From the NCBI GenBank assembly GCA_006226545.1, contig SBGR01000026.1:201-64200 (forward strand): 64,000 nt of DNA, read 5' to 3'. Each line of letters begins with the position of its first letter. Position 1 is the first letter of the stretch. Of this stretch, positions 49,394-59,298 are shown one piece after another. Below the pieces are notes generated by a model. It saw nothing but the letters and a program-made list of their open reading frames with translations. It did no database searches and had not been told where the DNA came from. The position numbers and the translations under genes were made by a program. The stretch comes from Bacteroidota bacterium. Lineage in GTDB: Bacteria; Bacteroidota; Bacteroidia; UBA8524.

Positions 49394-50278
49394 ATGCTAT
49401 TGCGCGACTGGTGGACATTTATCAGAGGGGTGAATTTACTGATCATTGCATTGGTAATGTACCTGGTTCAATACCAACTCGTGCTTTATGGAATTCCAAC
49501 CGTGCCCAAAGACGAAGCCGACCTCATTTTGTTCTGGCTTATTCTATCAACCATTTTCATCAGTATCGGAGGCAATGTAATCAATGACTATTTCGATCAA
49601 TCCATTGATCAAATTAACAAGCCTGAAAAAACCTTCGTTGGAAAAAAAATCACAGCTAAGAATAGCCTCTTATTCTATATCGGGTGCAATATCTCCGCAC
49701 TAATTTCACTCTTGGTCTTGGTGCAGAATACCGGATTAGATCTGTGGTTACTCATCTTCCCAATCACGGGCATAAGTTTGTATTTCTATGCTGCCAAGCT
49801 GAAAAAAAGCCTGCTCATTGGAAACCTTCTTATCGCCATCCTATCTGGCTTGGTTCCGTTATTACCTTACCTAAGTCTGGAACACTTAGTTCCTGTTTCT
49901 CAATCCACTTCTTCGGTAATTGTGCTTGCGCTCATTGCATTCTGGACAACCTTAATAAGAGAAATAATTAAAGATAAATTAGATATCGAAGGGGATACAC
50001 TAGCTGGAGCCAATACCTTGGCCATCCAACTCGATTCAAAAAAACTTATCCGACTGCTTTGCGTATTCATTGCAGCCGTTCCATTATTGAGCTTTTGGTT
50101 CTATTCATTGATAGAACTAAAACCAATACCCATGGTTCTAGCTGAAACGGCAATTGGCGTTTGTAGCGTTGTTCTACTTCGAAGTATTGTTATAGAAAAA
50201 CCGAACTGGAAAGCCGCAAGTCAATGGAGCAAGATTCTCATGCTCAGCGGCCTACTTGGATTACTTCTTCGCTTCTAG
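49394..50278 (+). CDS. UbiA-family prenyltransferase
   Basis: Asp-rich motif GGNVINDYFDQSIDQIN (NDxxDxxxD). 8-9 transmembrane helices. Divergent from the GGR-like gene. Confidence 0.7.
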   Translation: MLLRDWWTFIRGVNLLIIALVMYLVQYQLVLYGIPTVPKDEADLILFWLILSTIFISIGGNVINDYFDQSIDQINKPEKTFVGKKITAKNSLLFYIGCNISALISLLVLVQNTGLDLWLLIFPITGISLYFYAAKLKKSLLIGNLLIAILSGLVPLLPYLSLEHLVPVSQSTSSVIVLALIAFWTTLIREIIKDKLDIEGDTLAGANTLAIQLDSKKLIRLLCVFIAAVPLLSFWFYSLIELKPIPMVLAETAIGVCSVVLLRSIVIEKPNWKAASQWSKILMLSGLLGLLLRF

Positions 50279-51166
50279 CGATTCATAGAGATTCAGAATA
50301 ATGCCTTCCTTTAGGCCGGCTGAAGGAGCCATAATTCCTTGGATTTGCCCCCATTCCATAATGCGTAAATAGATTTCTCCGGCGTATTCAATCACATCCG
50401 CTCTATCCGGATTCAGTCTGAGCTGGTAAATCCGGTCTTTTAGGGTCATGCCTTTGATTTTAGCGTGCATGGACCTCAAGGTACTCAAGCTCATAAACTC
50501 ACCATTCTCTGCACCACTCATACGGTAGAGTTTTGAAATATTACCTCCTGTTCCTAGCGCATTAATTTCTTTCAACGCATGTGTCCTTGCCTTAACCCAA
50601 GCCTCTAACTTAGACCAAGTAGCATCAGTAACTTGATCATCCATTAAGCGAACAGTACCTACCGGAAACGAGACAGATTCAGTTGGCTTGCCATTGCGAA
50701 TTACCGTCAGCTCTGTACTTCCTCCGCCAACGTCAATATTGATGAAATTGCCTTTGCGGTTGATGCCTTCCATCACTGAACGTAAAATCAACTCCGATTC
50801 CTTCTCGCCACTAATGATGTCAATTTTGAGGTCGTGTTTTTTGAGTACACTTTTAATGATTTGTTTGCCATTGGTGGCTTCGCGCATGGCACTGGTTGCA
50901 CACGCTTTATAATGCTCCACCTTATGAATATCCATAATGAGCTTAAAAGCCTGCATCGCCATCATGAACATCTCCTTCTTCTCTGCCCCTAATTTACCAT
51001 CGCGAAAAACATCATCGCCCAAACGTAGTGGTATGCGCAGAAACTCCACTTTCTTAAACTCCGGTGTTTTATTGCCGGTCATCACGCGGGTGATCAGAAG
51101 ACGCATGGCATTGGAGCCTATATCGATTGCAGCTAATTTCAAATCAACTGCAAAGTATTCTTTCAA
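50261..51166 (-). CDS. ppx: Ppx/GppA-family phosphatase (exopolyphosphatase/guanosine pentaphosphate phosphohydrolase)
   Basis: AAIDIGSNAMRLLI and other ASKHA-fold motifs. 301 aa. Confidence 0.8.
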   Translation of the reverse strand: MKEYFAVDLKLAAIDIGSNAMRLLITRVMTGNKTPEFKKVEFLRIPLRLGDDVFRDGKLGAEKKEMFMMAMQAFKLIMDIHKVEHYKACATSAMREATNGKQIIKSVLKKHDLKIDIISGEKESELILRSVMEGINRKGNFINIDVGGGSTELTVIRNGKPTESVSFPVGTVRLMDDQVTDATWSKLEAWVKARTHALKEINALGTGGNISKLYRMSGAENGEFMSLSTLRSMHAKIKGMTLKDRIYQLRLNPDRADVIEYAGEIYLRIMEWGQIQGIMAPSAGLKEGIILNLYESLEAKK

Positions 51167-51294
51167 GCGATTATTAAATACCCGAACTATCCACAGGAAG
51201 TGGAAAAGGGCAATGGATAGACTTTAGCGATAAAACGGTTGGCAATAATGAATTAACATGGCACAGGGACCCATGAACAAACCATATAAAAAAC

Positions 51295-51321
51295 GAAAAG
51301 CGGGCTATTACTAACCCGCCT
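51295..51321 (-). terminator. Candidate intrinsic terminator downstream of asnS (short GC stem plus T-rich tract on the minus strand)
   Basis: Minus-strand reading gives GCGGG-ttagtaatag-CCCGC followed by TTTTCGTTTTTT. Confidence 0.35.
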
Positions 51322-51491
51322 TCGCTCAACTATGAACCAAAAATTACTAATCCTACTTCAAAGTAACGAAAAAGTATGCCATTTATTGCAATGCTTTGAC
51401 AACAAAGCGTTAAAAAAGTTTTTACACAGAAGTTAAATCCCGATATGAGCCCAAATCGGGAGAACCTCTTCCCATATTGGAACCTTTGGTT

Positions 51492-53006
51492 TTATGGGAA
51501 TAATCTGCCGTACATTCTTGGGAACGGAATGGTTTCCCTTACGTGTGGCAGTTTACATACCCAAGCAACCAATCGCTCCAGCCCTAATCCAAATCCGCTA
51601 TGCGGAACAGATCCAAAACGACGTAAATCGAGGTACCACTCAAACTCCTGCATTGGCAATTCGTGTTCGATGATTTTGGCTTTCACCTTCTCTTCATCAG
51701 TTTCTCTTTCGCCACCGCCTACAATCTCACCGTAACCTTCTGGAGCCAAAACGTCTACACCGCGCGCAAAGGCTTCGTTCTCCGGATCACGTTTCAAATA
51801 AAATGCTTTAACAGCATGTGGCCAGTTGTAAACCATAATAGGCACTTCAAACAAACGGGTGATTACCGTCTCATCTGATCCGCCAAAGTCGTTACCGTAT
51901 TCAAAGTTTCTTGCCGACTCCAGCCATTGCGGAATATTACGCTCGTCTTCTTGAAGATCGCGCAACTCACTTTTAAGGTTGTCGATCTTGGTTTGGTTGA
52001 ACGCAATCTCCCCCTTCTTCATGCCCGGGGTCTTAATCTTTTCTTCTCTTTCAGCAATCTCCTGCTCCACTTCGGCAATTCTGCTTTTCACTTTCGCTAA
52101 ATCCTCTTCCAAGGTGCGGATGGAGTTTTTGCCGTTTACATCTTGCTCACCTTTGATGATACGCACGGCCTCATCGTAAGTTAGGCGAGGGAAAGGCTGG
52201 CTGATTTTTTTCAGAATCTCAGTATCGCGGCCAATCATTTCCAATTCTTTCGGACAGTTTGCAACTACCGCAGAAACTACCTCTTGCAAGAAGTCTTCAA
52301 TCAAATCCATGTTCTGGAAGATATCATGAAATGCCATCTCAGGCTCAATCATCCAAAACTCAGAAAGGTGGCGACGCGTTTTTGATTTTTCAGCCCTAAA
52401 GGTTGGACCAAACGTATAAATGCGTCCCATTGCCATGGCCATAGCCTCGCCGTAAAGCTGTCCGGATTGTGATAAATAAGCCGGTGCTCCGTAGAAGTCT
52501 GTCTCAAACAAGTTGGTAGTTCCTTCGCAGGCATTACCCGTGAACAAAGGAGCATCCATCTGCACAAAACCGCGCTTTTGGAAAAACTGGTGAATCGCAA
52601 AACTGATGGTATTACGGATGCGCATGATAGCCCATTGGCGACTGCTTCTCAACCATAAGTGACGGTGATCCATTAAAAAATCTACGCCGTGCTCTTTTTT
52701 AGAGATCGGGTAGTTTTCTGTATTCTGGTATACACTTAATTCGGTAACATGCAATTCAAAGCCACCCACTTGGCGCTCGTCTTTCACTACCTTACCCAAT
52801 AACCTCACTGAGCTTTCCAGTCCCAGCGATTTCGCTTCTTCAAAAGAAGCTTCTCCTACACTATTGATATCGGCAATACATTGAGCCATTCCGGTACCAT
52901 CGCGTAGTACGATAAATACCAGTCCTTTGCTGTCGCGCTTGTTGGCTACCCAACCTTGCAATTCAACATCTTGTCCTTCGTATTTCGACAAATCTTCTAT
53001 ATACAT
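51492..53006 (-). CDS. asnS: Asparagine--tRNA ligase
   Basis: N-terminal OB-fold anticodon-binding domain. Class II motifs (…FRAE…, …GGGERE…). C-terminal …GFGLGLERLV…. 504 aa, with a coiled-coil-like insertion. Confidence 0.88.
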   Translation of the reverse strand: MYIEDLSKYEGQDVELQGWVANKRDSKGLVFIVLRDGTGMAQCIADINSVGEASFEEAKSLGLESSVRLLGKVVKDERQVGGFELHVTELSVYQNTENYPISKKEHGVDFLMDHRHLWLRSSRQWAIMRIRNTISFAIHQFFQKRGFVQMDAPLFTGNACEGTTNLFETDFYGAPAYLSQSGQLYGEAMAMAMGRIYTFGPTFRAEKSKTRRHLSEFWMIEPEMAFHDIFQNMDLIEDFLQEVVSAVVANCPKELEMIGRDTEILKKISQPFPRLTYDEAVRIIKGEQDVNGKNSIRTLEEDLAKVKSRIAEVEQEIAEREEKIKTPGMKKGEIAFNQTKIDNLKSELRDLQEDERNIPQWLESARNFEYGNDFGGSDETVITRLFEVPIMVYNWPHAVKAFYLKRDPENEAFARGVDVLAPEGYGEIVGGGERETDEEKVKAKIIEHELPMQEFEWYLDLRRFGSVPHSGFGLGLERLVAWVCKLPHVRETIPFPRMYGRLFP

Positions 53007-53079
53007 CGTCTTATTTCCTCTTCGGCTTAATTCTTGGCAAAAATAGATTTATTTTTGAAGCAATTAAGCGCCATTTGGC

Positions 53080-54546
53080 ATGTTAAAACAGAATCTCAGT
53101 CAGAAATTACTACAAAAATTATCTCCTCAACAGATTCAGTTCATCAAGCTCTTGCAGCTGAATACGCAAGACTTAGAACAGAGAGTTGAACAGGAGTTAA
53201 TAGACAATCCTGCTTTGGAAAGCGGTAAGGACTCCGATGAACCGGAATTCACTGCAGAAGAGGTTGATACCAAAGACGACAGCGATAACGACGACGACAT
53301 CTACGATAACGATGATGTTTTCGATATCTCAGAATACACCGAAGGCTCTGATGATCGAGACGGATTTCATTTGTATGAAGACGGTGGCGGCGACGAGGAT
53401 AAAAAGGAAATGCCTATCGCTACTTCCAGCTCATTCTACGAAAACCTCTTGGATCAGATTGGCGCCATTGTTAATACCGAACACGAACAAATTCTGGCCG
53501 AACAGCTGGTAGGAAGTCTGGATGAAGACGGCTACCTACGCAGACCATTGGCCGCGATAGTTAACGATTTGGCCTTCTCACAAAATGTGATGAGCACCAA
53601 GGAGGAATTGGAGAAAATACTAGAGAAAGTTCAGGCACTTGACCCTCCGGGCATCGGTGCTCGCGACCTCCAAGAGTGTTTGGTGCTTCAATTAAAAAGA
53701 AAAGACCGTGAACTTCATCCGGAAGTAGATTTAGCGATGCGCTTGATCCGCGATTACATGGAAGACTTTACAAAGAAGCATTACGAAAAACTGATGCGCT
53801 CTTTGAAAGTGGATGAAGATGAACTTCGCGATGCCATACAATTAATCACCAAACTGAACCCTAAACCGGGAGGATCTTCCGGTGAAGTAAAAGGGCAATA
53901 CATCGTTCCGGACTTTATTTTAGTAGACAACGACGGTCGGTTTGGGATTCAGTTGAATTCGCGAAATGCACCTGAATTGAAGATTTCTCGCTCCTATATG
54001 GAAACCATGAAAGCCTATGAGCAGAGCGGAAACCCAGATAAAAAACTGAAAGACACGGTACAGTTTATCAAACAAAAACTGGATGGAGCAAAATGGTTTA
54101 TCGATTCCATTAAGCAACGTCAGAATACCTTGCTCACTACCATGAATGCCATTCTTCAATACCAATATGACTTTTTTGAAGAAGGCGACGAAACCAAACT
54201 TCGTCCGATGATTTTGAAAGACATCGCTGACCAAGTAGGCCTTGACGTTTCAACCATCTCCAGGGTGGCCAACTCCAAATACGTTCAAACCGATTTCGGT
54301 ATTATTCCATTGAAGTTCTTTTTCTCAGAAGGCATCACAACAGCTGACGGCGAAGAAGTTTCCAATAAGGAAGTGAAGAAGATTTTGAAAGACGCCATTG
54401 AGGCAGAAGACAAATCGAAGCCATTGCCGGATGAGAAGTTGATGGAGATTTTGAAGGAGAAGGGGTACAATATCGCTCGAAGAACCGTAGCTAAATACCG
54501 CGAGCAATTGAATATTCCGGTAGCCAGGTTGCGTAAACAATTATAG
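53080..54546 (+). CDS. rpoN: RNA polymerase sigma-54 factor
   Basis: Gln/Leu-rich region I. Acidic region II. C-terminal RpoN box ARRTVAKYRE. Confidence 0.92.
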   Translation: MLKQNLSQKLLQKLSPQQIQFIKLLQLNTQDLEQRVEQELIDNPALESGKDSDEPEFTAEEVDTKDDSDNDDDIYDNDDVFDISEYTEGSDDRDGFHLYEDGGGDEDKKEMPIATSSSFYENLLDQIGAIVNTEHEQILAEQLVGSLDEDGYLRRPLAAIVNDLAFSQNVMSTKEELEKILEKVQALDPPGIGARDLQECLVLQLKRKDRELHPEVDLAMRLIRDYMEDFTKKHYEKLMRSLKVDEDELRDAIQLITKLNPKPGGSSGEVKGQYIVPDFILVDNDGRFGIQLNSRNAPELKISRSYMETMKAYEQSGNPDKKLKDTVQFIKQKLDGAKWFIDSIKQRQNTLLTTMNAILQYQYDFFEEGDETKLRPMILKDIADQVGLDVSTISRVANSKYVQTDFGIIPLKFFFSEGITTADGEEVSNKEVKKILKDAIEAEDKSKPLPDEKLMEILKEKGYNIARRTVAKYREQLNIPVARLRKQL

Positions 54547-54547
54547 G

Positions 54548-55162
54548 ATGAGAGCTTTATCACTCTTCCTTTCATTTTTATTCCACCCTTTGCTACTCGT
54601 GAGTTTTGGTGCTTTGTTCATCTTTCTCACACACCCGGTTTACCAGCTGGCTTTGAACACGGTACAGTTGATTTACTATACCAGCATCATCTTCATTGGT
54701 ACATTTATACTGCCCAGCTCAGCCATTTACTTCTCCCGTGTTAGAGGAAGAATTGAAAACCTCTACATGGATAAGCCGGAAGACCGCCGCATCCCCTTGT
54801 TGATTGCCGCCATCTTCGTGCTGATTGTTTTTTACCTTTTCAACTATAAAATTGGCGACCGCCTGCCTTTCCTAATCAAAGGCTATCTGTTAGGAACAAC
54901 CACCAGCATTGTGATAGCTGCTCTGATTAACCAATGGTATAAAATCAGCCTTCACGGAATTGGACTCGGTGGCATTATGGCTTTACTAATAGCCTCCTCT
55001 CCTGTGGTAGAAAGCGATATCCGTTACTGGGTATTAGCTTGGGTTTTAATTAGCGGATTGGTTGGTACAGCCAGAGTTTTCTTGGGATCGCATAAACCAA
55101 TTCAAGTCTATTTAGGATATTTGACCGGATTTTTAGCGATCTACATAATCTTACAAGCATGA
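54548..55162 (+). CDS. Hypothetical polytopic membrane protein (weak PAP2-like C-terminal motif)
   Basis: Six hydrophobic helices. SLHG…TARVFLGSHKPIQV is loosely PAP2-like. Confidence 0.35.
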   Translation: MRALSLFLSFLFHPLLLVSFGALFIFLTHPVYQLALNTVQLIYYTSIIFIGTFILPSSAIYFSRVRGRIENLYMDKPEDRRIPLLIAAIFVLIVFYLFNYKIGDRLPFLIKGYLLGTTTSIVIAALINQWYKISLHGIGLGGIMALLIASSPVVESDIRYWVLAWVLISGLVGTARVFLGSHKPIQVYLGYLTGFLAIYIILQA

Positions 55163-55941
55163 GTTTCGAATGTATTCTATACACGGTGGAAGCAGGTGTG
55201 GCCACCATTACCCTTAACAGACCTGACGTTTTCAACGCCTTTAACGACCAACAAAGCTACGAGCTGCAAGACGCGCTGAAACAAGCAAAACGCGATGCAG
55301 AAGTGCGTGTGGTAGTGTTAACCGGTGCCGGAAAAGCATTTTGCTCAGGACAGGATTTGAAAGCCATCGCTCAATCTGAAAACCGTTCACTTAGCGAATC
55401 ACTATACAAACGTTACAATCCCATCATCAAAGCGATGCGCGAATTGCCTAAGCCAATTGTTTGCCGCCTTAATGGTGTAGCTGCCGGTGCGGGTTGTTCC
55501 TTGGCGCTTGCCTCTGATATGATCATCGCGGCAGAAAATGCTTCCTTGATTGAAGTTTTTGTAAACGTAGGATTGGTATTGGACTCTGGCTCTTCTTACT
55601 TCTTACCTCGTTTGGTAGGATCAGCACGTGCTTTCGAACTCTCTACCATGGGGTCTAAAGTAAGCGCTCAGAAAGCACTGGAATGGGGCATGGTAAACCG
55701 TGTTGTTCCTGCAGAAGAATTAGATGCCGGAGTGGAGGAAGTAGTAGCCTACTACCGTCAGGCACCTACCAAAGCCATCGCTTTAATGAAAACCATGTTG
55801 AACAAGTCTTTCCATTCTGATTTGGACACCATGTTGGAATACGAGGCCTACTGCCAAGAAATTGCCGGAAGAAGCGAAGATTACAAAGAAGGGGTGAAAG
55901 CGTTCAACGAGAAACGTAAACCTGAGTTCAAAGGACGTTAA
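55159..55941 (+). CDS. Enoyl-CoA hydratase/isomerase (crotonase) family protein
   Basis: ATITLNRPDVFNAF. Oxyanion-hole region GAGKAFCSGQDL. 260 aa. Confidence 0.8.
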   Translation: MSFECILYTVEAGVATITLNRPDVFNAFNDQQSYELQDALKQAKRDAEVRVVVLTGAGKAFCSGQDLKAIAQSENRSLSESLYKRYNPIIKAMRELPKPIVCRLNGVAAGAGCSLALASDMIIAAENASLIEVFVNVGLVLDSGSSYFLPRLVGSARAFELSTMGSKVSAQKALEWGMVNRVVPAEELDAGVEEVVAYYRQAPTKAIALMKTMLNKSFHSDLDTMLEYEAYCQEIAGRSEDYKEGVKAFNEKRKPEFKGR

Positions 55942-56087
55942 TCCTGTTTTTCTTCATCGTTTAGGATACGCATAGCAGGAGTGCTGGTGTCTTCCATTTG
56001 CCCGGATTTAACTGACCAGATAAAGGCAAATAGAAATCCGCTGGCCAATACCAGACTGCACGCTATCAACAAGATTATTATACTCAT
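55938..56087 (-). CDS. ccoS: cbb3-type cytochrome oxidase maturation protein CcoS (49 aa, one transmembrane helix), absent from the ORF track
   Basis: Manual translation: MSIIILLIACSLVLASGFLFAFIWSVKSGQMEDTSTPAMRILNDEEKQD*. Matches the CcoS pattern (hydrophobic helix, then W..KSGQ.DD…P..RIL.D). Its ATG overlaps the ccoI stop (ATGA). Confidence 0.65.
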   Translation of the reverse strand: MSIIILLIACSLVLASGFLFAFIWSVKSGQMEDTSTPAMRILNDEEKQD

Positions 56088-58465
56088 TGTATACCTCCTT
56101 TACGGGCAAAATAACGAATGCCCAATGTATTAATGGTGAAAACCGTAATGGAACTTATTGGCATCAGTAAGGCAGCCACCAATGGCTGAAGCTCACCGCG
56201 CATGGCAAAATACATCCAAATGCTATTGTAAACTAAAGAGAAGATAAAACTACCCTTCACCACCTTTAGTGTGTTTTTGCAAAACTGGAGAAACTTAGGT
56301 AAGTCGTTGATGGATTTACCCACCATAATTACCTCAGACGCCGGCGTAAATTGGTTGATGTCTTCTGTGATGGCAACGCCCACATCGGCCGATTGCAATG
56401 CCCCTGCATCGTTGAGCCCGTCTCCTAACATCATCACGTGTGCTCCTTTCGATTGCAATGTTGTAATTGCTTCCCGTTTGTCCATTGGTGAACAGGCAAA
56501 CTGCATGTTTTCTTCCCTGAACCAGCGGCGTAAAATAGGCACCTCACCCGCTTGATCCCCGGAGAATAAGTACTTCGGATAATCAGACAATTGGAGATTA
56601 AGAACGGCATCTAGGCCAGCGCGGTAACGCGGACGAAGCTTCAGCTGCATCATCACTTGTTCATCGCATTTCACAAATACGCCCGACTTATCATCGCTAT
56701 CAATACCCAGCCAATCTGCTGAGCCAACGCGAATATGCTGATCGTCTACCCAAGCTTCAACGCCTTTGCCCGGCACTTCTAAAACATGCTCCAGGTTCTG
56801 CGTTGGAAATACACTCAAGTGTGCATAAAGTGCTCTCGATAATGGATGTGAAGAAACCGCCACCACCGAGCGAATCAAGGCGTACTGTTCGGCACTTACA
56901 TCGCTAAACTCACGTACATCGCTAACCAAGCTGCCCTCACTTAAAGTGCCTGTTTTATCAAAGGCCAAAGTGTCTACTTGCGCGACCTTTTCTACCACGT
57001 CCATGTTTTTAAGGTAAATGCCTTTTTTACCGAGCCAACGCATGGCATTGCCAAAAGCAAACGGCGCTGCTATAACCAACACACATGGACAGGCCACAAT
57101 TAATACTGCCGTGAAAGCTAAAAATGCCTTTTCTGAATTGATTGGAAGCCAATACACCAAGGTAATCAAGGCCAATGCAATCAATACCAAGGTAAACCAC
57201 TTCCCTACCTGATCGGAGAAAACTTTCATGCCCGATTTCTTCTCGGTATCGCCGTGTTGATTCCACAAGGAAGTCAGGTAACTCTGTGAAACCGGCTTGA
57301 GTACTTCCAAATGGAGGATTCCGGCAGTTTGTCGGCCGCCGGCATAAACCGTTTCACCCTTGCCAACCTTTTCAGCTAAAGACTCACCCGTAACAAAGCT
57401 GTAATCTATTCGGGCATCTCCATCTATTAGTCGGGAGTCGGCCGGAATCAATTCATTGCTCTTAACTCTTATATGTTCTCCAACGGCAAGTTTATCGAGC
57501 GATGAAAAACGCCAAACCCCTTGCTTCAAAACTTCAACGGCCACAGGGAAATAGCTGGCATAATCGCGTTCAAAAGAGAGAGCCTCATAGGCTTTGTCTT
57601 GCATCCAGCGACCTACCAAAAGGAAAAATACAAGTGCGCTAAGCGAATCAAAAAAGCCCGGTCCGCTTTGGCTTACTACCTCATAAGCGCTCCTAGAAAA
57701 CAAGGTTAGTATGCCAATGGCCAATGGCAAATCGATATTAAAGGTCTTAGACCTGAGTCCTTTGTAAGCCCCACTCAAAAACGGAAAAGCGCTGAATGAA
57801 ACTACCGGAATGGCTAAGGCTAAATTTAAAAACTGGAAGAGCCTAGCGAAGGTTTGCTGACTGGTTGCATCCATGCCCAGGTATTCCGGAAAAGAGAAGA
57901 GCATGATATTGCCCATGCAAAAACCGGCTACACCCAATCGGTAAAGAAGTCCTTTATTCGATTTTTGTCCGCGTTTCGACTCGTCTCTCGATTGCAATGC
58001 AGGCTCATAACCCAATGCGCTAAGCTTCTCCACCAAGGTTCGGAAGGAAAGTTCGCGAGGATCATAGGCTACATGCAGTTCTTTGCGGTCAAAGTTGACG
58101 CGACTGTGCTGAATGCCCGGTAGGATTTTATACAATTTCTCCAACAGCCATACACAGGAGCTGCAGTGCATGTCTGGGATAAAAAAGACCACTTGGGCCT
58201 TTTCGCTACTTTTAAACTGAAGGAAAGCATCGGCAATTTCTGCGTCGTCTAAGTATTCGTAGAGCTTGGAAGCAACCGGCTTTCTGTTTAAGCGAGCAGC
58301 ATCTTCGTCAATTGAATAGTAATTGCAGAGGTCGTTTTCTTTGAGTAGGCTATACACCGTTTTACAACCTTCACAGCAAAACACGTGTTCATCCCAGAGA
58401 ATGGCTTCGTGTTTACATTCATCGCCACAATGGTAACACAGCTCTTTAACCTCGCTAGTTTTCAT
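56084..58465 (-). CDS. ccoI: Copper-translocating P1B-type ATPase of the cbb3-oxidase assembly type
   Basis: N-terminal CYHCGDEC…CCEGCK. CPC transmembrane metal motif ACPCVLVIA. DKTGTLS phosphorylation site. GDGLNDAGAL hinge. 793 aa. Confidence 0.88.
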   Translation of the reverse strand: MKTSEVKELCYHCGDECKHEAILWDEHVFCCEGCKTVYSLLKENDLCNYYSIDEDAARLNRKPVASKLYEYLDDAEIADAFLQFKSSEKAQVVFFIPDMHCSSCVWLLEKLYKILPGIQHSRVNFDRKELHVAYDPRELSFRTLVEKLSALGYEPALQSRDESKRGQKSNKGLLYRLGVAGFCMGNIMLFSFPEYLGMDATSQQTFARLFQFLNLALAIPVVSFSAFPFLSGAYKGLRSKTFNIDLPLAIGILTLFSRSAYEVVSQSGPGFFDSLSALVFFLLVGRWMQDKAYEALSFERDYASYFPVAVEVLKQGVWRFSSLDKLAVGEHIRVKSNELIPADSRLIDGDARIDYSFVTGESLAEKVGKGETVYAGGRQTAGILHLEVLKPVSQSYLTSLWNQHGDTEKKSGMKVFSDQVGKWFTLVLIALALITLVYWLPINSEKAFLAFTAVLIVACPCVLVIAAPFAFGNAMRWLGKKGIYLKNMDVVEKVAQVDTLAFDKTGTLSEGSLVSDVREFSDVSAEQYALIRSVVAVSSHPLSRALYAHLSVFPTQNLEHVLEVPGKGVEAWVDDQHIRVGSADWLGIDSDDKSGVFVKCDEQVMMQLKLRPRYRAGLDAVLNLQLSDYPKYLFSGDQAGEVPILRRWFREENMQFACSPMDKREAITTLQSKGAHVMMLGDGLNDAGALQSADVGVAITEDINQFTPASEVIMVGKSINDLPKFLQFCKNTLKVVKGSFIFSLVYNSIWMYFAMRGELQPLVAALLMPISSITVFTINTLGIRYFARKGGIQ

Positions 58466-59211
58466 AACAGAAATAATGAAATCGCCTGTTTTTGTTGTTC
58501 AGAGAAAAGGAGGAATTTCTCCAGATTTTTAATCCTATCGCCCCCACAAACCAGCAATGCCGATTCGCTTTTACTCAACATCTGCTCAATTCCATCGTCG
58601 TAGTCTTCGCTAAAAAAACGTGAAATAGCGAAGTTCTTTTTACGCGCATGGAGGTAATCGTATACGCAGTTTTCACTGTCGAGGCTGTTTTCGTTCACGC
58701 GCAAAACCAAGTGTAAATTGGATTCCTCGTAGCGCTCTTGAAATAGGTAGGTGAAGTATTTGATGCTTTGAAACGATATCTCTTCGCCGTTATACGACAG
58801 AAACAATTCTTTGAATTCCTCCTGTTTTTCATCGAAGAGTAAAACCGGACAACGCACTTCTTCTAAAACCGTTTTGATGAACGGATTCGCTAAGGCCTCT
58901 TTTAATGCATGCCGAGGCAAAAAGATGAAATCCAAAAACGAGGTTTCCTTCAAAAGCACCTGAGCACTCTTTTTTCGCAGGTGATTTGCTCTTTGTAAAA
59001 TCTGAGGCAGATTCGGGCTGTTTAAGGCCGTCCATGAAAGTGCATAGATTTTAAAAGGCAGGTACATGCTGAGCGAGTCCATTTGCTGCCACGACTCTTC
59101 TCCGATACCCAAAAGCAGTTTATCTCCTTGATCAACAAACTCGCGTAGATGAGAGATTTGCTCATGAGCCAATTCGGCGGAGGGCGATATGAGTAAGATT
59201 TTATTATTCAC
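58462..59211 (-). CDS. Hypothetical protein (possibly tandem USP-like alpha/beta)
   Basis: 249 aa. No clear motif. Its stop overlaps the ccoI start (ATGA). Lies between the fnr-like gene and ccoI. Confidence 0.35.
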   Translation of the reverse strand: MNNKILLISPSAELAHEQISHLREFVDQGDKLLLGIGEESWQQMDSLSMYLPFKIYALSWTALNSPNLPQILQRANHLRKKSAQVLLKETSFLDFIFLPRHALKEALANPFIKTVLEEVRCPVLLFDEKQEEFKELFLSYNGEEISFQSIKYFTYLFQERYEESNLHLVLRVNENSLDSENCVYDYLHARKKNFAISRFFSEDYDDGIEQMLSKSESALLVCGGDRIKNLEKFLLFSEQQKQAISLFLL

Positions 59212-59298
59212 CTGAATAACTATGCTTCAAAAGTAGCAGGGAGTAAACTCAGGGCGTATGATGGCTGTCAGGGTAAAACATGATTTAAATCATGGTCT

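Noticed and set aside
51436-51470. TCCCGAT-n10-ATCGGGA hairpin immediately after the asnS stop, considered as a terminator
   Set aside because: It has no adjacent U-tract on the minus strand. The weaker GC hairpin with a T-tract at 51295-51321 is the better candidate, so I list that one only.
55159-55941. Calling the crotonase-family gene paaG, i.e. part of the phenylacetate pathway
   Set aside because: It lies 13 kb from paaBCD on the other side of unrelated genes. Crotonase-family members cannot be assigned a substrate from motifs alone. I keep the generic call.
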